From a virus: a stretch of 64,000 nucleotides of DNA. The notes under the pieces are model-generated. The model was not told where the DNA came from, did no database searches, and saw only the letters and a list, made by a program, of their open reading frames with translations. Of this stretch, positions 48,435-55,253 are shown piece after piece (positions within the stretch are counted from its first letter, which is position 1; each line of letters begins with the position of its first letter). The position numbers and the translations under genes were made by a program. The stretch covers positions 14,151 to 78,150 of IMG/VR virus record IMGVR_UViG_3300030103_005573; one strand, given 5' to 3'.

Positions 48435-50930
48435 TTAGCTGATGAACATTTTTACAACGTTTGTACCAGCAACTTTAACGAACTTAGCAGTTACGGCAAC
48501 ACCGGAACCAGCATCAGTCATTACAAAGTCACCACCACCTGCACCATCACCAGAGAAGCCGAGTCTATCAGTAAGGACTTTTAGACTTGTGCTTACAGCA
48601 GCATCGCCAGTTTGACGATCAGCAATTTCACTAGTGATATTTGCGATCAATGCATCATCACCAGCTTCCTTGGAAACTTTTTCTGAAGATATTTCGCTAG
48701 AACGCAATGCAGCTTGAGTAGACATAGCAGCAGAGTGTGTAGCATCATCAGCAGCACGCTTTGTAGCCAAAGAGGATACAGCAGCAGCACGATTACTTTC
48801 TTCATCGGAAAGCAAGTTAGCGATAGAAAGGAAATCAGCTTCACGAGCAGATTCTTCGCTATCTACAGCAGTGATACGAGCGTTGATAGCAGCGTCTAAT
48901 TCGTTGGACAAAGAAACGTCCATCGCACTACGAGCAGCTACAGCTACAGAAACATCAGCAGCACGAGCAACAGCTTCATCATCAATTTCACCCTGAAGAG
49001 CAGCATCAGCAGCAGCACGAAGTCCAGCTTCAGCAGCAACAGCAGTTTCACGAGCTAAGACAGCACTTGAAAGACCGCTGGAGTTTGTTGCATCATCAGC
49101 TTCACGAGTAGCTTTTTCTGAAGATACAGCAGCAGAACGATCAGCGATAGCAACAGCTAGTTCACCTTCTAGGGCAACATCAACGGATTGCATTGCAGAC
49201 TGCTCAGCAGCAATAGCAGAAACATATGCAGCTTCTTCGGAGTCAAGAGCAACAGACTGTGTTGCATCGCCAGCGAGACGATCAGTTTGTTTGTCAGCTA
49301 CTTCTGCGGCCATAGCAGCTTCTTCAGCAGCTAGGTTTGTAGAAAGAGCAGCGTCACCAGCAACACGATCAGCGTTAATAGAAGCCAAAGAAGTATCTTC
49401 TTCGGACTCTTCTGTTGCCAAAAGTGCAGCTACAGAATTATCACCTGCTAACATAGCAGCGGATTCAGCAGCAACAGCGGCTACACGAGCATCTTCCATA
49501 TCACCGATATCGGTTGTAAGAGCTACATCACCTTCACCACGAGCAGTTGCTAAAGAAGCAACAGCAGCGTTCATAGTAACTAACTCAGCAGCGATAGCAG
49601 CACTTTGTGCAGAATCTTTGTTGCTACGAGAAAGTGTTGCTGCGGCTAGATCATCGTCTAGTTCGCCAGCATCAGTAACAAGTTGACTGCTAACAGCAGC
49701 ATCGCCAGCTTGACGCTCAGCAATTGTGAAATCCATATCAGAGATACGAGCAGAAACTTCTGCCGAAAGGGCAGTAGATAGAGAACCACGTTGAGTAGAC
49801 GCTTCAGCGAATGCCTCATTGAGGTTTTTGTCCAGACCAGATTCTGGCTCCGAAACTTTGAGTACTGCTGCTAGTTCGCCAGAACTATCAAGCATTTTCT
49901 TTTGTAAAACTAAGCCAGGCTTATTGGCATCATCAGAAATATAAGCCATGTTGGTTCCTCCATTAAGAGTTATTGTAACCGGCGCACTAGTTGTTTGCCC
50001 GAAAGCATTTTGCGCTATCAATACATATGAAACCGTTCCTGTAATTGCAACCGATTTAGAACTTAATCCCGAAACGTCTATAGTCTCGTGAGTATTTGGA
50101 TTGTATAACGATAATGTTGTACCTAAATCACTGTCCCATGAAAATGTCACAGAGTCACCGCTAGAATCAACACTTGCGACATCTGAAGAGAAAGAGTTTA
50201 TAACAGGGTTTACAACGTGATAACCGTCGGCATGAGTTTCGATAGAATCGTAAGCAATACCATAACCTTGAGACCAGATAATATCATCGTAAAAACCATT
50301 AGCAGATTTGCCATAAGCAAAATTACCACCAATGCGAATATGAGGATCAGAATTGGTAGCATTATAAATGTTACCAGCATAAGAGTCCTTTACGAAATAA
50401 CAAGGGTTTCCACTATTATCATTCAATATGTTGCCAGAGGCATCAAAAAGAGCGTAAGTGAAAACACCCGCTATACGACTGAAATAAATGCGTATCCAAG
50501 GATAACCTGTCAAGTCAATGTTAAAAGACTTACTTGTTTGCGTACCAGAACCATACCGATAGTAAGCACGTAAATCATATGATGAAGCACTATTACCAGA
50601 AGGTCCATAGTTGGCAATTTTAACAACATCAGGGCTAGAAATAAAGTGATGTCTTAACGCTGATGTCCCAAAACTGGAATCATTAGGTTTCCACCAAAAC
50701 ATTACGGTGAAATCGTCAGTTCCTATATTCTCTAGTGCATCAACTGGTCCATAGGCTGTATAATCAACAGCCCTACCTCCAGCAGTATGTCCAATACGAA
50801 AGGCAGGATTAGCACCTCCATACCAGCGACTGCTATTAGCAATAGAAGCAGCTTCACCATAAGCGGTAAGATCAACACTATTAACTCGGTCGGTATTGTT
50901 ACCATTTAACCAATGGTATAAATTAGCCAT
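48435..50930 (-). CDS. LamG-like head plus Ig-like linker fused to an Ala-rich coiled-coil fibre, paralog 1
   Basis: 831 aa; DDFTVMFWWKP...IRIGG...NGFYDDII (LamG-like); PVINSFSSD...VTFSW (Ig-like); stalk begins at MAYISDD. Confidence 0.8.
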   Translation of the reverse strand: MANLYHWLNGNNTDRVNSVDLTAYGEAASIANSSRWYGGANPAFRIGHTAGGRAVDYTAYGPVDALENIGTDDFTVMFWWKPNDSSFGTSALRHHFISSPDVVKIANYGPSGNSASSYDLRAYYRYGSGTQTSKSFNIDLTGYPWIRIYFSRIAGVFTYALFDASGNILNDNSGNPCYFVKDSYAGNIYNATNSDPHIRIGGNFAYGKSANGFYDDIIWSQGYGIAYDSIETHADGYHVVNPVINSFSSDVASVDSSGDSVTFSWDSDLGTTLSLYNPNTHETIDVSGLSSKSVAITGTVSYVLIAQNAFGQTTSAPVTITLNGGTNMAYISDDANKPGLVLQKKMLDSSGELAAVLKVSEPESGLDKNLNEAFAEASTQRGSLSTALSAEVSARISDMDFTIAERQAGDAAVSSQLVTDAGELDDDLAAATLSRSNKDSAQSAAIAAELVTMNAAVASLATARGEGDVALTTDIGDMEDARVAAVAAESAAMLAGDNSVAALLATEESEEDTSLASINADRVAGDAALSTNLAAEEAAMAAEVADKQTDRLAGDATQSVALDSEEAAYVSAIAAEQSAMQSVDVALEGELAVAIADRSAAVSSEKATREADDATNSSGLSSAVLARETAVAAEAGLRAAADAALQGEIDDEAVARAADVSVAVAARSAMDVSLSNELDAAINARITAVDSEESAREADFLSIANLLSDEESNRAAAVSSLATKRAADDATHSAAMSTQAALRSSEISSEKVSKEAGDDALIANITSEIADRQTGDAAVSTSLKVLTDRLGFSGDGAGGGDFVMTDAGSGVAVTAKFVKVAGTNVVKMFIS
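49947..49961 (-). promoter_or_regulatory. Internal in-frame translation start (RBS plus ATG) giving a 504 aa stalk-only product
   Basis: GGAGG-AACCAAC-ATG at 49961-49947, in frame, at the position equivalent to the paralogs' N-termini. Confidence 0.7.
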
Positions 50931-51110
50931 TATTATTCCTCCAAAAAAAAAGAGAGAAATATAACTTATAGAAAACTATTTGGAAAACTTATTTGTAACT
51001 TATCGTCTTACAGAAACGGTCGTTGTCTTCGGCAGTTTGTCTTACCAACGACATGCCTTAAACGTCTTATATAGATTTTTATTCACTGTTTTTTACATTT
51101 ATTTTTATAT

Positions 51111-51136
51111 AAAAAAAAGCCCCCCGAAGGGAGCTT
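51111..51136 (-). terminator. Rho-independent terminator after tRNA cluster
   Basis: AAGCTCCC-TTCG-GGGGGCTT followed by a T-run. Confidence 0.85.
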
Positions 51137-51142
51137 GATTTT

Positions 51143-51230
51143 TGGAGGAAGGAGAGGGATTCGAACCCTCGGTAGGTTGCCCTACACAGCATTTCCAATG
51201 CTGCACCATCGGCCTCTCGGTCATCCTTCC
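51143..51230 (-). tRNA. tRNA-Ser(GGA)
   Basis: GGAAGGA/TCCTTCC acceptor, CAGCA-TTGGAAA-TGCTG anticodon arm, long variable arm, encoded CCA. Confidence 0.93.
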
Positions 51231-51235
51231 ACTTT

Positions 51236-51261
51236 AAGCAGTTTAAAGACTTGCTTAGGTC
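51236..51261 (-). repeat. 26-nt direct repeat, copy 1 (GACCTAAGCAAGTCTTTAAACTGCTT)
   Basis: Identical to 51391-51416; in a tRNA spacer. Confidence 0.9.
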
Positions 51262-51283
51262 AAGCACTAGAATCGCACTTCTA

Positions 51284-51359
51284 TGGTGGAGGGTATCAGA
51301 GTCGAACTGATGACCTTCTGCGTGCAAAGCAGATGCTCTACCAACTGAGCTAACCCCCC
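51284..51359 (-). tRNA. tRNA-Ala(TGC)
   Basis: G3:U70, TCTGC-TTTGCAC-GCAGA, CCA end. Confidence 0.95.
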
Positions 51360-51390
51360 TGCTACATTAAATAGAAGTATAACGACCTTA

Positions 51391-51416
51391 AAGCAGTTTA
51401 AAGACTTGCTTAGGTC
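51391..51416 (-). repeat. 26-nt direct repeat, copy 2
   Basis: Identical to 51236-51261; starts 2 nt after the CCA of tRNA-Thr. Confidence 0.9.
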
Positions 51417-51418
51417 TA

Positions 51419-51494
51419 TGGAGCCGCTTATCCGACTTGAACGGATGACCGTCGGTTTACAAAACCGAAGCTCTACCAACTGAGCTAAAGCGGC
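51419..51494 (-). tRNA. tRNA-Thr(TGT)
   Basis: GCCGCTT/AAGCGGC, TCGGT-TTTGTAA-ACCGA, CCA end. Confidence 0.95.
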
Positions 51495-51497
51495 TAA

Positions 51498-51574
51498 TGG
51501 TACTCCCTGGAGGATTCGAACCTCCGACCTACGGCTTAGAAGGCCGTTGCTCTATCCGGCTGAGCTAAGGAAGC
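51498..51574 (-). tRNA. tRNA-Arg(TCT)
   Basis: ACGGC-CTTCTAA-GCCGT, GGTTCGAATCC T-arm, CCA end. Confidence 0.95.
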
Positions 51575-51577
51575 TTA

Positions 51578-51654
51578 TGGTAGACCCGCAGGGACTCGAA
51601 CCCCGATAGAATCGCTTATGAGGCGACGTCATTAACCAATTATGATACAGGTCC
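51578..51654 (-). tRNA. tRNA with CAT anticodon, probably tRNA-Ile2 (lysidine, reads AUA)
   Basis: GTCGC-CTCATAA-GCGAT; C4-G69/C5-G68 pairs; no initiator features; tilS ~1 kb away. Confidence 0.8.
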
Positions 51655-51742
51655 ATAAAAATAATATTCAGTTTTCATTCAACTATTACCAGACGGCAAG
51701 ACCTAACTGGTAAACCCATTTTACGGGCAACAAAACAAAACG

Positions 51743-52216
51743 TTAAGAAACTAGTTCTAAATCACGTTCGGAGTAGAAAGGATTGTAACGGTCTTCTGAG
51801 CCATCATACTGAACTTTATAATTGCCTCCAGACTCAGCCTGCATAACTAGAGCAACTTTTCCTGCCAACTTCCAACGGTTGTTACGCTTATTATCTTTAA
51901 AACGAACCAACGAGCCAACAGAATACTTGGGAGGTAATGGAACAATAGTATTCAATGCTTGCGTCAAATTATCCCAAAAGGTGCCAGGAAAATAGTCAGT
52001 ATGGGGATCTGATTTCAAACCATCCCGAACTGTATGAGGAGCACTGATCGTTCCGTCACCGTTTGTCCAGAATGAAAGAAGTTGATCAGAATCCTTAAAC
52101 CGAACATAAACTTTTACCTGACCATTATTATGATAGTCATTTTGTGTAATGTCAACCTCACGGTCTACAACTTTAGCACGAGTTTCGATCTTCTTGATAG
52201 CAGCTTTGAGCTTCAT
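51743..52216 (-). CDS. Early hypothetical protein with an SH3/KOW-like C-terminus
   Basis: Start reassigned to MKLKAA behind an AAGGGAG RBS; YSVGSLVRFK...YKVQYDG...YSERDLELV. Confidence 0.7.
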   Translation of the reverse strand: MKLKAAIKKIETRAKVVDREVDITQNDYHNNGQVKVYVRFKDSDQLLSFWTNGDGTISAPHTVRDGLKSDPHTDYFPGTFWDNLTQALNTIVPLPPKYSVGSLVRFKDNKRNNRWKLAGKVALVMQAESGGNYKVQYDGSEDRYNPFYSERDLELVS

Positions 52217-52266
52217 ATCTCTCTCCCTTACAAACACATAGTACCATAGACCTAGGGTAAGTCAAG
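52217..52266 (-). promoter_or_regulatory. Early sigma70-type promoter plus RBS cassette
   Basis: TTGACT-N16-TACTAT (with extended -10 TG) followed by TTGTAAGGGAGAGAGAT-ATG. Confidence 0.7.
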
Positions 52267-52275
52267 AAAATAATA

Positions 52276-52455
52276 TTAAAAACCACCACACTCAGCAGGA
52301 AACAATGGCTCATCTTCATGTGAATGATATGTAGCTAACTCAGAAGGGACCTCTAAGATATCCATATCGATCATAAAGGTTTCCAAAGCATCTTGGATGG
52401 TAGGTGCCCAGATTTTAAAACTAGCACCACGTACTTGGATTTCAAAGCAGTTCAT
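52276..52455 (-). CDS. Small hypothetical protein, 59 aa (not in ORF track)
   Basis: Hand translation MNCFEIQVRGASFKIWAPTIQDALETFMIDMDILEVPSELATYHSHEDEPLFPAECGGF; AAGGAG RBS. Confidence 0.75.
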   Translation of the reverse strand: MNCFEIQVRGASFKIWAPTIQDALETFMIDMDILEVPSELATYHSHEDEPLFPAECGGF

Positions 52456-52476
52456 TTTTTCTCCTTAGAACTGTTA

Positions 52477-52644
52477 TTATTTTGGAGCATAAATAGCCTG
52501 GTCAAGACCTTCTAGGTATCCACACGTTAAGAATAACCCTGTCATTAAGACAACTGCCACCCAAATCCTTATACACCCAGGGCAGTTATCACATCCAGTC
52601 TTATCACACTGATCGTTAAAAAAGAAGCTACGCCAATTCTTCAT
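52477..52644 (-). CDS. Small Cys-rich membrane protein
   Basis: Probable start MKNWRSFF (GGAG RBS); CDKTGCDNCPGC then a TM helix. Confidence 0.55.
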   Translation of the reverse strand: MKNWRSFFFNDQCDKTGCDNCPGCIRIWVAVVLMTGLFLTCGYLEGLDQAIYAPK

Positions 52645-53233
52645 GGTTTTTCTCCACAAGCTTTTTGATTGTTTTTTCAATGCCCGGATTCACAAGCCGA
52701 GCGTTAGGAAGAATATCGTGTCTAATAATACTTCTCATAAACTGTTTATCTTCATTTGCCGGATCTACCAAGAAGGGAACTTCCTTCCTATTACACCAGT
52801 CTTCTAACGAGCGTTTAGGAGTTAGGATAAATGGTCTAATCACGTTTTGGTTACGGTACGGGATGATTCTCCCGTTCCCGTGGATCGAAGAGAATAAAAA
52901 CCACTCTATCACATCGTCTAAGTTATGACCCGTAATGACTGGCTCGTTGAAGCTGTGAAGAAATTTATAACGCTCATTCCTCCAATGTTCCTCAAGCGAC
53001 TCACCTGGCGGGCAACTATTATAATTAACACCAACCACAAGATCAATATCACGACTGTCACAAAAATCTTTTACAAAACTTTTACACTTAGTTCCGAAAG
53101 AAGTGCCGTGATCAAAATATGCTGCTGTTACATTGTGGTTATTTGAGAGAAAGTCTAGAATAGCCATGGAATCTGGGCCGCCTGAAACGGCGACTGTAAG
53201 ATCCCTTGGCAACTTTCCCAAAACCTTTAACAT
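52628..53233 (-). CDS. tilS: tRNA(Ile)-lysidine synthase (short, PP-loop domain only)
   Basis: AVSGGPDS, DHG, EEHWRNERY, TGHNLDDVIE, IRPF, DPAN, RSIIRH; start MLKVLGK with AAGGAG RBS (the track ORF extends into tRNA-Val). Confidence 0.88.
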   Translation of the reverse strand: MLKVLGKLPRDLTVAVSGGPDSMAILDFLSNNHNVTAAYFDHGTSFGTKCKSFVKDFCDSRDIDLVVGVNYNSCPPGESLEEHWRNERYKFLHSFNEPVITGHNLDDVIEWFLFSSIHGNGRIIPYRNQNVIRPFILTPKRSLEDWCNRKEVPFLVDPANEDKQFMRSIIRHDILPNARLVNPGIEKTIKKLVEKNHEELA

Positions 53234-53244
53234 AACAACTCCTT

Positions 53245-53319
53245 TGGTGCGCTCGGTAGGGTTTGAACCTACGACCCCTGCCGTGTAAAGGCAACGCTCT
53301 ACCACTGAGCTACAAGCGC
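53245..53319 (-). tRNA. tRNA-Val(TAC)
   Basis: TTGCC-TTTACAC-GGCAG, CCA end. Confidence 0.93.
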
Positions 53320-53324
53320 ATATT

Positions 53325-53399
53325 TGGTAGGGACGGTGGGGATCGAACCCACGACCAGCGGATTAAAAGTCCGATGCTCTACCTCTGAGCTACGTCCCT
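53325..53399 (-). tRNA. tRNA-Lys(TTT)
   Basis: AGGGACG/CGTCCCT, CGGA-CTTTTAA-TCCG, CCA end. Confidence 0.93.
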
Positions 53400-53402
53400 A
53401 CA

Positions 53403-53563
53403 TTTGAAGAGTTTTCGCCCAAGTACATTTGGGCTCCTATCCCATTTTGTATCTAACCCTACAATCCGTCTTCCACACGCAACTCTTCAAAGGTATGTGG
53501 GTACTGAAGGTAGGGACGCTGGCTCTTTGTGCTTCCTGCCAGATCGGTTCGGGTTGACCCCTA
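53403..53563 (-). ncRNA. Candidate structured RNA upstream of tRNA-Lys
   Basis: Perfect 11-bp inverted repeat 53403-53413/53481-53491 enclosing a GCCCAA/TTGGGC hairpin; second nested pair TAGGG/CCCTA and CTGGC/GCCAG; more GC-rich than the flanks. Confidence 0.4.
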
Positions 53564-53598
53564 ACACTTATCTTCGTTTTGTATATTTCTTTTTCATT

Positions 53599-53862
53599 TT
53601 AGTTTCCTTTACTAAGTTTATCTAAAGTTCTTTCCAGATCACAGAGTACATAAACTACCATATCATTCGCAGTTCTAATTTGTGTGACAGGTGGCTGGAG
53701 GTATTCATAAGTAGAATAAAGCTCATTATCAGACATTTTTTCATTGTCTATCACGGCTTCCTGGATGCCAATCACAGTACAAACATTTTCAGGATTGATC
53801 CAAACTGATCCGCCTGGGGTTCCGATTTGGTGTCCTTTAGTTTCCTCAAACTCTACAAACAT
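53599..53862 (-). CDS. Hypothetical early protein
   Basis: 87 aa, AAGGAG RBS, VWINPENV motif. Confidence 0.7.
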   Translation of the reverse strand: MFVEFEETKGHQIGTPGGSVWINPENVCTVIGIQEAVIDNEKMSDNELYSTYEYLQPPVTQIRTANDMVVYVLCDLERTLDKLSKGN

Positions 53863-53883
53863 ATTTTTCTCCTTAGTTTGTAT

Positions 53884-54198
53884 TTATAGTCCATAGACGC
53901 CAATGACGTCTTTTGCTTTGTCGTCAAGAATGTTCCCACGAGGGAAGTTGCGAGCGGGGGCTTTCCAAGAAGCAGCTTTCCAAATCAAGCCGTCCTCTTT
54001 ACTGACGAAGAACCAAACACTTCGGTGGTACTCGCCGCCATCTTGGTAAACCTTGTAGTACTTACCACCCGATTTGACTTTGACCTCTGGGCGAGGCAAC
54101 GTCGGGAACTTAGAATCATAGTGATTATTAAGAAGCTCCACGCACTGGTCAAGAAAACCGTTCATGTGAAACTCAACTTCAGGATTAGCAATAGCCAT
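53884..54198 (-). CDS. Phage early protein of unknown function
   Basis: KYYKV...RSVWFFV...GLIWKAASWKAPA...RGNI pattern that I recognise from phage early genes; strong RBS. Confidence 0.75.
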   Translation of the reverse strand: MAIANPEVEFHMNGFLDQCVELLNNHYDSKFPTLPRPEVKVKSGGKYYKVYQDGGEYHRSVWFFVSKEDGLIWKAASWKAPARNFPRGNILDDKAKDVIGVYGL

Positions 54199-54250
54199 TT
54201 ATCTCTCTCCCTTACAACACTATATTACTACGGATTAGAGATAGGTCAAG
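54199..54250 (-). promoter_or_regulatory. Early sigma70-type promoter plus RBS cassette
   Basis: TTGACC-N16-TAATAT followed by TTGTAAGGGAGAGAGAT-AA-ATG; same leader as 52217-52266. Confidence 0.7.
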
Positions 54251-54258
54251 TTTTTTAT

Positions 54259-54477
54259 TTACTTTTTTTTGTTTTTTTTGCTACGCATATACATCAATTG
54301 TTGTTTGCCCAACAACTCTTTCTTTATCCGCTTTTTCTTTGCTTTTAATTTTTTGAGCAACTCTCTTTGTTTCTTGGCTCGACCTGACTGGATCCACATT
54401 AGGAATAGGACGGTGCCACCAGGCAAAGCCAGGGCTAATAGAATACCAGCCAGTAGAATACCTAATTGAATAATCAC
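54259..54477 (-). CDS. Small membrane protein with a basic tail
   Basis: N-terminal hydrophobic segment, Lys-rich C-terminus, GAGG RBS. Confidence 0.55.
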   Translation of the reverse strand: MIIQLGILLAGILLALALPGGTVLFLMWIQSGRAKKQRELLKKLKAKKKRIKKELLGKQQLMYMRSKKNKKK

Positions 54478-54497
54478 TCATTATCCTCATCCTTATA

Positions 54498-55253
54498 TTA
54501 TTTATACTGTGAAAGCAAAATTAAAGTATCTTCTGGCGTATTAACATCATAATACTTACCACACCTAATAGCAATCTCAAAATCGTTTCCACCTGGAGTG
54601 ATCTTATCCCCAAAGAAAATACAATCTTCTGGTGATTCATCTATAAAATTAAAGGCGTAAGACTTATCCCACTCTTTTCTAGTTATGTCAATAGATATTT
54701 GACCACCAAGATTAAATCCTAATCCCCACCCTTGAAACTCATCTTTCAGCTTTTCTACAATCTTTTTTCTTTCGTTGCTTTTTTTATCCCACTTAACATA
54801 ATCATCTCTTTGCTCAAGAGAGCAATTTCTACCGATAACAGAGAAATTAATCTGACTTCCTCTCCATTCAATAAAAGTTCCTGTTTTGTATTTAGTGTGA
54901 GATTCAGAAGCAATAGACAAAAGACGAGACACTAAATGGTTGATATCGGCTTGGGAATAATGATCAATTAATTCTATTTTATGAATTAGTTCTGGCTCAA
55001 GAGGTTTTGTCTCATCATCAAGATCAAGAAATGTATTGTAAACTCTTGTTCCATTACAAGTAAAAACTTTGGAAAAATTCTCTAATAGAAAAGTCTCTGG
55101 CAATTGATTTAAGACTTTGGACATATCTGAACCAGTAACAAGATATTTCCTGAACCCGTTTGGAATATTTTCCAATGCTTGTATCATCTCTTTAGAGATC
55201 TTTTGTGTTGCGGGTGTCAAAGTCCCGTCCATATCAAATATTAATGCTTTCAT
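54498..55253 (-). CDS. HAD-superfamily (eukaryote PMM-type) phosphomannomutase
   Basis: FDMDGTLT, VTGSD, FIEWRGSQINFSVIGRNCSLEQR, GGQISIDI, WDKSY, FFGDKITPGGNDFEI. Confidence 0.88.
   Translation of the reverse strand: MKALIFDMDGTLTPATQKISKEMIQALENIPNGFRKYLVTGSDMSKVLNQLPETFLLENFSKVFTCNGTRVYNTFLDLDDETKPLEPELIHKIELIDHYSQADINHLVSRLLSIASESHTKYKTGTFIEWRGSQINFSVIGRNCSLEQRDDYVKWDKKSNERKKIVEKLKDEFQGWGLGFNLGGQISIDITRKEWDKSYAFNFIDESPEDCIFFGDKITPGGNDFEIAIRCGKYYDVNTPEDTLILLSQYK

Noticed and set aside
45291-49686. Several long alternative-frame and antisense ORFs over the Ala-rich genes
   Set aside because: These are shadows of GCT/GCA-rich repetitive codons that lack stops; no RBS and no independent protein features.
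45274-49949. Type I antifreeze protein interpretation of the Ala-rich 11-residue pattern
   Set aside because: The repeat is ExxAR/D-based with a hydrophobic core and an 18+11 period, not Thr every 11 residues; a coiled-coil stalk fits better.
50990-51070. Known riboswitch (e.g. c-di-GMP) in the fibre operon leader
   Set aside because: I could not match the conserved core of any riboswitch class by eye; kept only as an unassigned hairpin.
51236-51416. CRISPR mini-array
   Set aside because: Only two copies, separated by 129 nt containing a whole tRNA; the Cas4-like nuclease at 32858 is a common stand-alone phage gene and no other cas genes are seen.
51079-51479. ORFs 51079-51327, 51135-51353 and 51267-51479
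   Set aside because: They overlap clear tRNA genes; their shared peptide simply reflects the 26-nt repeat.
51578-51654. Initiator or elongator tRNA-Met
   Set aside because: No C1:A72 mismatch or three consecutive G-C anticodon-stem pairs; Ile2-type acceptor pairs and nearby tilS favour Ile2, though elongator Met is not strictly excluded.
53404-53625. Plus-strand 73 aa ORF
   Set aside because: Antisense to the tRNA transcript, no RBS, and the region is better explained by RNA structure.
54498-55253. Eukaryotic giant-virus origin suggested by the PMM and glycan genes
   Set aside because: Shine-Dalgarno sites, sigma70 promoters, tmRNA, TilS and contractile-tail baseplate genes indicate a bacteriophage.
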